A DNA stretch of 64,000 nucleotides from Bdellovibrio sp. (GTDB lineage: Bacteria > Bdellovibrionota > Bdellovibrionia > Bdellovibrionales > Bdellovibrionaceae). The stretch is taken from contig JAKFCY010000003.1 of the NCBI GenBank assembly GCA_036676395.1, positions 96,001 through 160,000 on the forward strand, in the 5' to 3' direction. Position 1 is the stretch's first letter, and every line of letters starts with the position of its first letter. Under the pieces are notes generated by a model. The model was not told the origin of the DNA. It made no database searches and saw only the letters and a list, made by a program, of their open reading frames with translations. A program made the translations under genes and the position numbers. This document shows positions 1 through 9,583 of this stretch, one piece after another.

Positions 1-36
1 TAAATTCGTTTTTATATAGAATTTAAGAGCCCAGTC

Positions 37-63
37 TTATCGGCATCTTCGCCAATAACTTAA
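37..63 (-). promoter_or_regulatory. sigma28 (FliA)-type promoter pointing out of the left edge of the window
   Basis: Minus strand reads TTAAGTTA-N11-GCCGATAA, matching the FliA consensus TAAAGTTT-N11-GCCGATAA. Confidence 0.7.
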
Positions 64-247
64 GTTCCAAAATGGAACTGCACACATATAAATAGAATTT
101 TGTAATTTATGCAACGAAAATCTTACAGAAAATGAAATACAGTAAGATATTGAATTTATTAGCCAATTTTCAATCGGTAAGTCTGGGTGCTTGGCGTTAA
201 TTTCGTAGGAATGCGTAAAAATGATCTGAAATAAAAGCTAGTACAGA

Positions 248-583
248 TTATTTAAGGCAATTTTCAACGGATTTGATGATGATATCGGTCTGTTCAGCCA
301 GCTTTTCGGCAAGGTCTTGACCCTTTTCCCCGCGCTTACGTAACGAACTTGAAGCCGTTAACATGCTGTTTGACACAGTCTTATGGGCGCGCCCTGAAGA
401 CTCTTTTAAGGCGTCGGCGTATGAATCTAAGCTGTCAGCCACCATTTCGTGGTTCTTAATCAGACTGGTCTGAACCGCTACCTGCGCAGCTTTCATTTCA
501 CGTAATTGGGATACGGCTTGCGAACAATCGTTGGCAAACGCGAACATCGGACTCAACACTAAGAATAAAATCAGAGTTTTCAT
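248..583 (-). CDS. Small exported helical hypothetical protein
   Basis: 111-aa ORF with Sec signal (MKTLILFLVLSPMFAFA), helical/coiled-coil composition and a Cys near each end of the mature chain. Confidence 0.75.
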   Translation of the reverse strand: MKTLILFLVLSPMFAFANDCSQAVSQLREMKAAQVAVQTSLIKNHEMVADSLDSYADALKESSGRAHKTVSNSMLTASSSLRKRGEKGQDLAEKLAEQTDIIIKSVENCLK

Positions 584-596
584 GACTTCTAATATT

Positions 597-611
597 GCAA
601 AGTAGTGTCCA
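597..611 (-). promoter_or_regulatory. sigma54-type -24/-12 promoter
   Basis: TGGACACTACTTTGC (GG-N10-GC), 13 nt upstream of the ATG at 583. Confidence 0.6.
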
Positions 612-662
612 AACTCTAAAGCATTAGAGTGGCTTATATTCTTTGTGAGGGCTTAAAGACGG

Positions 663-1292
663 CTATCCTTTAATAAAATTTTCAAACTCGTCTCGAGTTT
701 GACCACTTAAATAAGGCAGAAGCATACGCATGATGTGGCGACGCGCTTTTTCAAAAGCCTTCGTGCTTGGCACATCACCTCTGTCAGAGGTTTCAAAAAA
801 TTGCATAAAGCTATTCGACGAAACAAATAATAGTTCACCAATGTATTCCATCTCGTATTTTGTTTGCATCGGCTGCATGTAACCTGATTTGACCCAGTGC
901 TTGTACATAATGATCATCAATAAGCCCAATTTTTTCATGTGCTGCTTCCAAAGTTTTGAAAGCTCGGGGTCTCTTTTTCTTAACGTGTAAATTTCGCGAT
1001 GAAAAAATCTGTACTTCCAATACAGCTGCAAATTTTTTTCGATAAACAGTTGCAAATGGATCTGCTGATTTTTCTTTGCCAGCTTGGTTTGTGGCTTCCA
1101 CACTTCAGCAGTATCTGCAGATAATTTTTTAAAAATTTCTCTGATAATCTGCTCTTTGTTTTTGTAATGAAAATATAAATTTCCCGGGCTCATCTTAAGT
1201 TCTTTAGCAATATCATTTGTTGTAACGTCTGTTGCACCGTCTGTATTAAACAATCCTAAAGCGCCTATTAAAATTCTCTCTTTGGTCTTCAT
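663..1292 (-). CDS. TetR/AcrR family transcriptional regulator
   Basis: N-terminal TetR HTH: TTNDIAKELKMSPGNLYFHYKNKEQI. Confidence 0.93.
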   Translation of the reverse strand: MKTKERILIGALGLFNTDGATDVTTNDIAKELKMSPGNLYFHYKNKEQIIREIFKKLSADTAEVWKPQTKLAKKNQQIHLQLFIEKNLQLYWKYRFFHREIYTLRKRDPELSKLWKQHMKKLGLLMIIMYKHWVKSGYMQPMQTKYEMEYIGELLFVSSNSFMQFFETSDRGDVPSTKAFEKARRHIMRMLLPYLSGQTRDEFENFIKG

Positions 1293-1350
1293 ATAATCGC
1301 CCCTATTATTACTTTGGAAATATCTTTAACATTATGTTAAGATTATCACT

Positions 1351-2688
1351 ATGATTCAAGGAAGAATTAAAATCGCCAAATGGATTTTGGTGCCCACAGC
1401 AATAGTCGTATTAGTCACTCTGTTTCTATTCAGAGGCAACTCTCTAGATAGTGACAGTCCACACGAAAAAAGAACCGCACTAGGAACCACTTCTGAAGCT
1501 CGCAAGACTTTAGCAGACGCCTTAGGCCCACAACTTTGGAATAACCAATTACCAAAACAGCTCACTGTGGGAGACAAAGGTCTAGTTGATGTAAAATACA
1601 CGATCGATAAAGGCCTGCAGGAGCAATCTGAAAAATTACTGCTGCGTTATAAACCTGATTACGGTGCTATCGTCATGATTGATGCTACGACAGGTAAAAT
1701 TTTAGCGATGTCTAGTTATGTAAAAGGCCAACCAAAAGCCGAGAACTTAACTTTGCGTGCGTCTTTTCCGGCAGCCAGTATTTTTAAAATTATCACGGCC
1801 TCTACGGCTGTTGATCGTAAGGGTGTCGAACCCGAAGATAAAATTGGTTTCAACGGCGGTAATTACACTCTTTACAAAAAGAATGTTTTATCTGAAAAAG
1901 TAAATCGTTGGACTCGTTTTATTTCTTTGAAAGACGCTTTTGCTAGATCTATCAATACAGCGTTTGGTCGTTTAACTTTAGAAACACTTGATCCCCAAGA
2001 TTTAGCAGAATATTCAAAACGTTTTATGTTTAACAAATTTATCCCGGCAGATTTCACGTTAGAACAAAGCCAAGCCCAAATTCCTGATGAAAAAGGTTTT
2101 GAACTTACGCAAGTGGCTTCGGGGTATAACCGCTTTAACACAATGAGCCCGGTGCACGGGGCGATGATTGCCGGTGCAATCATTAATGATGGTAAAATTG
2201 TAGCTCCTTATTTAATCGAAGAGATTTCGCAAGACCAAGAGATCATCTACAAAGGTGAAGGTTACGATATCGGCCAAGCGATCACTAAAGAATCGGCCGC
2301 TAAAGTTCGCGAGATGATGGAACAAACTGTATTAAAAGGAACTTCTCGTAAAACATTTCGCAAACTTGTTCGTGATAAAAAATACGGCGATGTTGAAATG
2401 GGCGGAAAAACCGGACACTTCTCTGGCTTAAATCCAAAAGGCACAAATGATTGGTTCGTGGGTTATGCTTCTGATGGCGACACTAAAGTTGCGATCGCTG
2501 CAATCACTGTAAATATACAAAAGTGGACTGTGAAATCTTCGGCATTAGCCGAGATGATGTTTCGCGAACACTTTCGCCCAAGCCCAAGTTTAAAACCTGT
2601 GAGCGAGAAATCTGTTAAAAACTCAGTTCGACCATCACGGGGCAATGGTCAGAACCTCGTTGCTCGTGCAAAATCTGACAAGTTTTAA
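1351..2688 (+). CDS. Penicillin-binding transpeptidase domain protein
   Basis: N-terminal membrane anchor; SxxK (ASIFK), SxN (SIN) and KTG motifs; no transglycosylase domain visible. Confidence 0.9.
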   Translation: MIQGRIKIAKWILVPTAIVVLVTLFLFRGNSLDSDSPHEKRTALGTTSEARKTLADALGPQLWNNQLPKQLTVGDKGLVDVKYTIDKGLQEQSEKLLLRYKPDYGAIVMIDATTGKILAMSSYVKGQPKAENLTLRASFPAASIFKIITASTAVDRKGVEPEDKIGFNGGNYTLYKKNVLSEKVNRWTRFISLKDAFARSINTAFGRLTLETLDPQDLAEYSKRFMFNKFIPADFTLEQSQAQIPDEKGFELTQVASGYNRFNTMSPVHGAMIAGAIINDGKIVAPYLIEEISQDQEIIYKGEGYDIGQAITKESAAKVREMMEQTVLKGTSRKTFRKLVRDKKYGDVEMGGKTGHFSGLNPKGTNDWFVGYASDGDTKVAIAAITVNIQKWTVKSSALAEMMFREHFRPSPSLKPVSEKSVKNSVRPSRGNGQNLVARAKSDKF

Positions 2689-3388
2689 GATTTTTAACTA
2701 AGTTTTTAGTCACACAGACATAATCGATGCGCCAACCGTTATTATTCTCGCGCGCACCGTCTTTATAAGACCACCACGTATAGGCGCCTTTATTCTCTGG
2801 ATAAAGGTGTCTAAAACAATCCACAAATCCTAAATCTAGAAATTCAGTAAACCACTTACGCTCTTCAGGTAAAAATCCTGATACTGTGCTTAACGCTTTC
2901 GGCGCGTACACGTCGTATTCTAAGTGAGCGACGTTATAATCGCCAACTAACACGATATCGCGGCCGCGCTTGATTTCGAATTGTAAATGCAATGCTAAGT
3001 CTTTTAGAAAGCTTTGTTTGAAACCGTGGCGCTCATCACCTGAGCCACCGTTCGGAAAATAAATATTATATAAATCAAAATGCTGGTGCTGCGTCCACAC
3101 GATGCGGCCTTCGTTATCATAAGCTGGCTTATCAATCCCCTTGATCACGTTGATCGGGGTTTGGTTCATGAACGTAGCAACGCCTGAATAACCTTTGCGC
3201 TCTGCTGATGACCAGTATGAATTTTTGTAACCTAAGGTTCTGATTTCTGGTTCGACCTGGTCAATGTGAGCTTTGGTTTCTTGTAAGCACAAAATATCAG
3301 GCTTTTGCGTTTCAATAAAATTCGACAGTGTTTTTTCATAACACGCACGCACGCCATTAACATTCCAGGTTACAATTCTTTGATCCAT
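2615..3388 (-). CDS. xth: Exodeoxyribonuclease III
   Basis: TWNVNGVRA, LCLQETK, GDYNVAH, YTWWSY, GWRIDY and SDHCPV motifs. Confidence 0.96.
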   Translation of the reverse strand: MDQRIVTWNVNGVRACYEKTLSNFIETQKPDILCLQETKAHIDQVEPEIRTLGYKNSYWSSAERKGYSGVATFMNQTPINVIKGIDKPAYDNEGRIVWTQHQHFDLYNIYFPNGGSGDERHGFKQSFLKDLALHLQFEIKRGRDIVLVGDYNVAHLEYDVYAPKALSTVSGFLPEERKWFTEFLDLGFVDCFRHLYPENKGAYTWWSYKDGARENNNGWRIDYVCVTKNLVKNLKTCQILHEQRGSDHCPVMVELSF

Positions 3389-3415
3389 ACAGGGAAGTAA
3401 GATACAGTACTTTGT

Positions 3416-4531
3416 ATGTCAGTCAAAGATAACTTTATCCAGCATCTACGCACGCAGTTTCCGGCTATCCCCGAAGAAACTATGACCAGCACTATCTCTG
3501 ACCAATTAATCTGCCCACATCGTATTACGCTGCCTACGTCAGTTCTTACGAATTTAAAATCTGAAATCTCGCAATTATACGCCTTACGTTCGTGGTCAGA
3601 AAAAAACTTGGGTTCTACCTTTGATGCTATGGGTTTACCGAGAGCTAAAAATTTTAGCGTTTGCACAAGCTTTGATTTTCATCTTGTTGATGGGCATCAG
3701 CCAAAGTTGATCGAGATTAACACCAACGCTGCTTTTTTGGCGTTGGGGCTTACGCTTTATGATTTTTGGAAAGTTCAACCACACACGGGGTTTACGGCTG
3801 CAAAGTTAATTGAAATGTTTCGCGAAGAAGCTCGTGTTTTGGGTTTACAAGATTTGTCGATGGCGATCATGGACGAAAAACCCGAAGTTCAGCGATTGTT
3901 CATCGAGTTCTTGGTTTATCAACAGTATTTTTCACAGGCTGGTATTGCGTGTTCAATTGTTGATTCGGCTAACGCTAGCGATTTAAAACCTGGAACGTTG
4001 GTTTACAATCGTTACACTGATTTTTACTTAAAAGAACCGCAGTCTGCGCAGATTAAAGCTATGTACATTGATGGCAAGATTCATTTATCGCCTTCACCTT
4101 GGGAATATTTTTTACTTGGCGATAAGCAAAGACTTTCTGACTGGCAAAAACAAACTGAACTGCCGATTCCTGCTAGTTTGTTAAAGATTTATGATTTAGC
4201 AGAAGCTGATAAAGAACAAATTTGGAATGAAAGAAAAAAACTTTTCTTTAAACCGAAAGCTTCGTTTGGCAGTAAGCAAGCTTACAACGGTGCTTCTGTT
4301 AGTAAAAGAATTTTTGAAGAAGCTTTTGCTCAGGGTTTCGTTGCGCAAGAATATGCTCCGCCTGCTGAAGTTGATGTTTTACAGGATGGTGCGAATCTTC
4401 GTATGAAGTATGATCTTCGTTGTTATGCGTATAAGGATGAGTTGCAGTTAGTGATTGCTCGTTTGTATCAAGGGCAGACTACGAATTTGAAAACCACCGG
4501 TGGTGGTTTTGCGATTGTTGATTTTATTTAA
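3416..4531 (+). CDS. Uncharacterised ATP-grasp-like (circularly permuted/GSP-synthase-like) ligase
   Basis: DFHL..PKLIEINTNA, FFKPKASFGS, FVAQEY, YDLRCY and ARLYQGQTTN..GGGF motifs resemble ATP-grasp amide ligases. Confidence 0.6.
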   Translation: MSVKDNFIQHLRTQFPAIPEETMTSTISDQLICPHRITLPTSVLTNLKSEISQLYALRSWSEKNLGSTFDAMGLPRAKNFSVCTSFDFHLVDGHQPKLIEINTNAAFLALGLTLYDFWKVQPHTGFTAAKLIEMFREEARVLGLQDLSMAIMDEKPEVQRLFIEFLVYQQYFSQAGIACSIVDSANASDLKPGTLVYNRYTDFYLKEPQSAQIKAMYIDGKIHLSPSPWEYFLLGDKQRLSDWQKQTELPIPASLLKIYDLAEADKEQIWNERKKLFFKPKASFGSKQAYNGASVSKRIFEEAFAQGFVAQEYAPPAEVDVLQDGANLRMKYDLRCYAYKDELQLVIARLYQGQTTNLKTTGGGFAIVDFI

Positions 4532-4587
4532 AGTTTATATGTTTATTTGCAAATCATAATTATCAAGACCAATGCAATTTATATCTT

Positions 4588-5478
4588 CTATCGCATTTTA
4601 AAAGTGTCTATCATAACCATTTCAAATAACGGTTTAACAGGCGGTTCTTGATCCTGGGTCAGTTTTTTCCAAGTTTTTATTATCAAACGCGGCGAGATAA
4701 CTTTTGTTGTGAGCTCTCTAGTGTGAACTAAACCTGTCTGCTCGTCTCTTAGCCCCGATATATCTGAAATAGATACATTTCCAAAAAAACGCTCTTCTTC
4801 AGTATACGTTGAAATTGAAAGATCGAACTCAACAATTTGACCATACCCATTGTCCATATAGCATTGTTGATCACCTATTAGTGGTATATTTTCTTGCGCA
4901 CCCACATCAATCGAATACTTGCCTTCGCTCCATCGCTCCGAAAATATTTCTTGAGGTGTTCCAATTTTTTTTCTTTCTTCGTTGTATACAACTGAATCCT
5001 GATAAAACTGAGGAGAAACATTCATAGGTAAAGGCAGAGTAAACCTCAAACCAAAAGAAACAGTTGTTGTTCGTGATTTGCACAGTACTGGCGCAGTAAC
5101 ATTCACTTTCCACTTATGAGGGTCAGTATCAACAGGACTGTAAAGTTCAATACCAGCTTTCCTTGCGCGATTTTTTGCTGCTGATGTAAATCCTTTTGGC
5201 GCAACCATTGCGCCTTTCTGAGCGCCAATATCATTAATTAGACCCAAAAACGCTTCGACCCCTTTTATATCAACTGGACAGTTATAGTCCTTACAATCAA
5301 TAGCAATCATCATTTTATACTGACCGACGGTTTGCGTAACTAAGACGTCAATTTGTCGAGAAACCTCAGTAATAAGGCCTTGCAATTTGACGTTATGCTG
5401 AACCACCGCATCTGGTGCTAAACTTTTTTGAATCTTTGCGACCAATAGCTCTAATTTTTGCCAATCAGGTTTTTCCAT
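4588..5478 (-). CDS. Restriction endonuclease-like (Mrr_cat, PD-(D/E)xK) protein
   Basis: N-terminal E..V, RQIDVLV, IDCKDY and GFTSAA motifs of Mrr-type nuclease domains; unknown C-terminal domain. Confidence 0.8.
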   Translation of the reverse strand: MEKPDWQKLELLVAKIQKSLAPDAVVQHNVKLQGLITEVSRQIDVLVTQTVGQYKMMIAIDCKDYNCPVDIKGVEAFLGLINDIGAQKGAMVAPKGFTSAAKNRARKAGIELYSPVDTDPHKWKVNVTAPVLCKSRTTTVSFGLRFTLPLPMNVSPQFYQDSVVYNEERKKIGTPQEIFSERWSEGKYSIDVGAQENIPLIGDQQCYMDNGYGQIVEFDLSISTYTEEERFFGNVSISDISGLRDEQTGLVHTRELTTKVISPRLIIKTWKKLTQDQEPPVKPLFEMVMIDTFKMR

Positions 5479-5512
5479 TCTAACTCTTGTCTTTAATTTT
5501 TAGATTATCCAA

Positions 5513-6568
5513 TTAATTTACCAGCAACATATAATCATTAATAACCTGATACGATTCTTTCAACGACTGCAGCAACACTGATTCAATTGCAGGGATTGTA
5601 CCAAGCTCCTGCAAATACAACGCTTGCTCTGTCACAACGTACTTCTGCCATACAAAGCGTGTTGGAAAATGCGCTAGATTCGGATAATTAAAATGCTTGA
5701 TCGAGTATCGATTAAAGCTATCAATCTTTCTTCCACCAGGCCCAGCAAGCTCAGCTTTTGCCAAACCATTAAATAATCCCAAAGCACTAGCAGTTTGCGC
5801 ATCTAAGCCAGCATACAACTGTGGTTGTAAGATATTGTGCTGCTCAACGTAGATTAATTTTTTGTTCGCGTCTAAATAACGACCATTTTCCATATCATTC
5901 CACACGGCCAAAAATCTTTCGTAGTGGCCTGCTAATGATGGCGTATCTTTTTGCAGTCTTTTATTCAAAGACATGATTTCGTCGTAGCCACAAACTGTGT
6001 ACGCTAAATGTTGCCAGTAGATATCTGAATAAACTTTCCAGTTACCTTGCGCTGTTTGTGTTTTAATTTTGTCGATGTTGGCTAATAGTAATGCCGGAAT
6101 TAACGGAACGTCTTTGTGTAATGATTCAAGTCTTCTGAAGATTTGGCGCTGACGTGATCCTAATGGGTATTGATCAGCTAATCCTGCTTGCAGCGCATGA
6201 CCCACTGTAACTGAAGCTTGTGAGCCTGCGCCGATCCAGATGTATTTTACTGTTGGTGTTTTTGTGTTTTGTAATTTTAATGAATGCGTGAATAAACGAT
6301 TGTAGGCTGCGCTGATTAAAAGATTTCTTATGACCATCACTTCGTCTGCGTTTAAGTCTGGAATTTTATTTTGTAGTGGTTTCACTGAAATCATTTGCTG
6401 AGCAATCGCCATCCATGTGTATGGGTTGTGGCTTGCGCAGTGTTGTTTCATGTTATCTGTTTCTAAGGGCCAGTACTGGCTTAATGTTGAATCGTAAGTT
6501 GGGTAATTAGCAAAACTTGCGCTTGAAAATGAAAAGATAAATAACAGTAAAAAGATTGGGGCTTTCAT
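5513..6568 (-). CDS. Exported DUF2515-like protein
   Basis: Signal peptide; ISAAYNRL..WIGAGSQASVTVG, GNWKVYSDIYWQHLAY and EQHNILQPQLY resemble DUF2515 motifs. Confidence 0.6.
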   Translation of the reverse strand: MKAPIFLLLFIFSFSSASFANYPTYDSTLSQYWPLETDNMKQHCASHNPYTWMAIAQQMISVKPLQNKIPDLNADEVMVIRNLLISAAYNRLFTHSLKLQNTKTPTVKYIWIGAGSQASVTVGHALQAGLADQYPLGSRQRQIFRRLESLHKDVPLIPALLLANIDKIKTQTAQGNWKVYSDIYWQHLAYTVCGYDEIMSLNKRLQKDTPSLAGHYERFLAVWNDMENGRYLDANKKLIYVEQHNILQPQLYAGLDAQTASALGLFNGLAKAELAGPGGRKIDSFNRYSIKHFNYPNLAHFPTRFVWQKYVVTEQALYLQELGTIPAIESVLLQSLKESYQVINDYMLLVN

Positions 6569-6779
6569 AGAGCTACTTTCTCATAAAAGAGAGCCAATAT
6601 CTAAATTTTCAGACCTGGTTGCAAGACTTACTTAAGCGTCTAAACCTTAAACATTGTTTACTCTGGTAAATGCACTGTCTAAGCGGTTAACATGGCTTTC
6701 AAAAAGAGTCTTTCTCTGCAGATTTTCTTACTTATTCGCTCCCCATATACGCTCTAGCGGCCTTATATACCAATACCTC

Positions 6780-6794
6780 TGGCCTTTGCCTTGC
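6780..6794 (+). promoter_or_regulatory. sigma54-type -24/-12 promoter
   Basis: TGGCCTTTGCCTTGC upstream of RBS GAGG and the ATG at 6820. Confidence 0.6.
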
Positions 6795-6819
6795 TCCGCT
6801 AAAACCTATCGAGGTATGC

Positions 6820-7917
6820 ATGAACTCTTCAGCTAAATCTGTCTTAACATTTCTTTGTGGATTGGTATTGGTTATCGCTCAGGCGAAGGCCGAAGTTATT
6901 AGTGGAATTGCAACCGAAGTTAAAGCGCCAATCCCTCTTTTTGCTGAAGATAGCACTTTACGTTTAGAGCTTGTGGCTGATTTTAATAAACTTTTGCATC
7001 TACCCGATAAAGATACCAATACTAAAGTTCCTGCTAAGTTAATTTATTTTACTGATTCTGAACAGCCTCAAGAAATTAACGTTAAGCTGAGCACACGTGG
7101 TAAATCGAAACAAATTTTTTGTAGCGGCTTTCGCCCCATCAGAATTTATTTTGATACAGTACAAACTGATTTAACACTGACTCCGTTTAAAGGAATTTCT
7201 GACGATCTTAAAGTTGCCACTCACTGTGATGGTTTAGGGGTTATCAAAGATACGGATGCAAATGTACAACGTATTCTTCGCGAACAAACGGCTTACAAAA
7301 TGCTTGAAGCCCTTGGGTTTGCGTCATTAAAAACTCGCTCGGCTCGCATTACCTATAGAAACCTGGATGGAACTGTAGTTGCCGAAGCTCTTGCTTTTTT
7401 ACTTGAGCCTAAATCAAATATGGCTAAACGCTATGGCCTTAAACATCTTAAAAAAAATCAGGCTGATATTATCTTTGCGCCAGAACCAATCAATAAGATT
7501 CCGTTTTCAATATCTACCCGTTTTCTTATGCACACCGATGTCGATCACGGCGGCGAACACAATACCATCCTGCTGGTGCGCGAAGGTGAAACAAAAGCTG
7601 TGACTATGGTGCCTTATGATTTTGATCTAACTGGAATGGTTCTGGATTCTCAATATAAAGGTTCGGCATGGGCCCATAAGCCTTGGACGCTGCAGCTTTG
7701 GGGCGATGATGGCGACTGGTTCAAAAAATGGGTCGGCGGAGAATATTTAAGTGATGAATACCGCAGCCAAGCTTATGCGACTACTAACTATGCCCTGTCT
7801 CACAAAGAGGCGGTGCAAAAAGTAATCGATGCAAGCCCTGTCATCGACAAGAGCCGTATTCAAGAGCGAACGAATGCTTTTTTCTCAGGGATTGAACGCG
7901 TTATTAACGAGAAATAA
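6820..7917 (+). CDS. Exported CotH-like atypical kinase-fold protein
   Basis: Signal peptide; RGKS, LKVATHC, REQTAYKM, HN.ILL and VPYDFD motifs resemble the CotH kinase family. Confidence 0.55.
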   Translation: MNSSAKSVLTFLCGLVLVIAQAKAEVISGIATEVKAPIPLFAEDSTLRLELVADFNKLLHLPDKDTNTKVPAKLIYFTDSEQPQEINVKLSTRGKSKQIFCSGFRPIRIYFDTVQTDLTLTPFKGISDDLKVATHCDGLGVIKDTDANVQRILREQTAYKMLEALGFASLKTRSARITYRNLDGTVVAEALAFLLEPKSNMAKRYGLKHLKKNQADIIFAPEPINKIPFSISTRFLMHTDVDHGGEHNTILLVREGETKAVTMVPYDFDLTGMVLDSQYKGSAWAHKPWTLQLWGDDGDWFKKWVGGEYLSDEYRSQAYATTNYALSHKEAVQKVIDASPVIDKSRIQERTNAFFSGIERVINEK

Positions 7918-7918
7918 T

Positions 7919-8572
7919 TTATTTAAATGTAGGATTTTTAAAGGCGCGAATACATTCGTGCACGCCTTTGGTTAACGAGGTGTCTTCTTCTAACTTCCAA
8001 GGCTCTTTCGTCCAACGTGGGCTGTGTTTATACAAAAAGTAATTCACAGTATCTGAGCCCTTGGTTTTATCTGACAACGCTGAAAAAGTTTCGCTGTAGA
8101 CCTTGCTCCACAGAGCAGAATCACTTGGGCATAAGAAATCTTTGTAATTTGACTCATCATAAATATTTAAGCTTGATGCAAACTGATCACGTTGAAAAAT
8201 AACCGATTGCACATCACCTTTACGGATTTTTACGCGATTGGCGATCACCTCAGTAATCACCGGAACGATGTCGTTATTCATTTTTTCACATCTGGTGGCT
8301 TTTGTTTCTGCGTAGACAAGACGCGCGGCCAATTCGATATCAGAATCGCTATTCAATACTTTTTTGTAACCAACATATTTATTTGACGTTTTACTATTGG
8401 CTTTGATTGTTGCCTTGATACCATCGATTTTAGCCGGATCGTTAATACAATTTGGAAGTTTTGCACCGACTGATTGTTTTGCGACCGCTTGACCATTTGA
8501 GCCGCCAACTTCACCGGCAAAAACACCTGTTGTTATTAATGTGATACTAACAATCGCTAATAGTTTGCTCAT
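7919..8572 (-). CDS. Cell wall hydrolase (SleB/Hydrolase_2-like), exported
   Basis: LAARLVYAE...VIANRV...SVIFQRDQFAS pattern; signal peptide. Confidence 0.75.
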   Translation of the reverse strand: MSKLLAIVSITLITTGVFAGEVGGSNGQAVAKQSVGAKLPNCINDPAKIDGIKATIKANSKTSNKYVGYKKVLNSDSDIELAARLVYAETKATRCEKMNNDIVPVITEVIANRVKIRKGDVQSVIFQRDQFASSLNIYDESNYKDFLCPSDSALWSKVYSETFSALSDKTKGSDTVNYFLYKHSPRWTKEPWKLEEDTSLTKGVHECIRAFKNPTFK

Positions 8573-8584
8573 AGCTTAATGCTA

Positions 8585-9490
8585 TCAATTTAACTGGCGA
8601 TTCGGAAGAGCTAAAATATTAAAACCAGCCATCGTCTCTTTACTTAACATGACTCGGCTGATGTAGTTAATTAGAGGCTCTTTTTTAACTCCCATATAGT
8701 TGTCGCTGCCATCACGGCCCATGCCGTTGCTTGCGTGCACCATATAAAGAACGCCAGCTTCGCGAATTAAAAAACCTTGGTGCGATACATCTAAGCGCGT
8801 GCCCGCCGCTTTGGTTAAATCCCAGTTTGGGCGCACCAGATTAAAAATACTGCCTGACGGAATACGATTTACCAAGTCTGGCTTACTGACCAGATCTTCT
8901 TTACTGATATACGGTAACTGCGCCAGTTGGCGATCGAAGTTTTTGCTCATCTCGACGTAGTTATCCCCTTTTTTTGCAAACCAATTAGCTTTATCTATCC
9001 ACGTTTGCGACCAGCGTGTGTTATGGCCTGCAATAGCGCCAGTGATGTCTTTTACAAAACCTAGTTCGCTGTTATTTGGAATCCAGTCAATGCTGGTAAA
9101 GTGATTGCGATTTTCGTAATCAACCGCTGCATCTTTATACCTAATTTGATTAATGCGCTCTTGAAATTGCGCTGGCGTCGTTGAAAACGATAATGCCATC
9201 ACGGTTTCAACAAATGTCGTACAATCAAAACCATCAAAGCGGTACAACGGAGCTTTAGAAATCTGGCCATGTGAGCCTTCGCCTAAAGGATCAGCCACAT
9301 AGGGAGTTTTATTATGTAAAAAGATATCTGCGTAATAGATCGCACGCTCGCGCACGTTGAGTTTTTTTACTGAATTGATCTGTAACAAAGCTTCTAGCGT
9401 GGGCGCATCGGTAAAGGCCGCTTGCGCGAAATTAGCACTAGCTAATACCACGACTAGGATCACTAAAATTGAGCGCAATAAGAAGTTCAT
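8585..9490 (-). CDS. DUF1460 family NlpC/P60-like amidase
   Basis: FDGFDCTTFVETVMA (catalytic Cys), RNHFTSIDW, VSHQG and HAS; signal peptide; start placed at the ATG at 9490. Confidence 0.85.
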   Translation of the reverse strand: MNFLLRSILVILVVVLASANFAQAAFTDAPTLEALLQINSVKKLNVRERAIYYADIFLHNKTPYVADPLGEGSHGQISKAPLYRFDGFDCTTFVETVMALSFSTTPAQFQERINQIRYKDAAVDYENRNHFTSIDWIPNNSELGFVKDITGAIAGHNTRWSQTWIDKANWFAKKGDNYVEMSKNFDRQLAQLPYISKEDLVSKPDLVNRIPSGSIFNLVRPNWDLTKAAGTRLDVSHQGFLIREAGVLYMVHASNGMGRDGSDNYMGVKKEPLINYISRVMLSKETMAGFNILALPNRQLN

Positions 9491-9583
9491 CACGACTGTG
9501 AAAACTAGCAATTTTGGCTCTCAAATCAGAGGCGGTAAAGTGATTTTAAGGTGTTTACTCTGTCTAGGATTTTGACAACAGCC

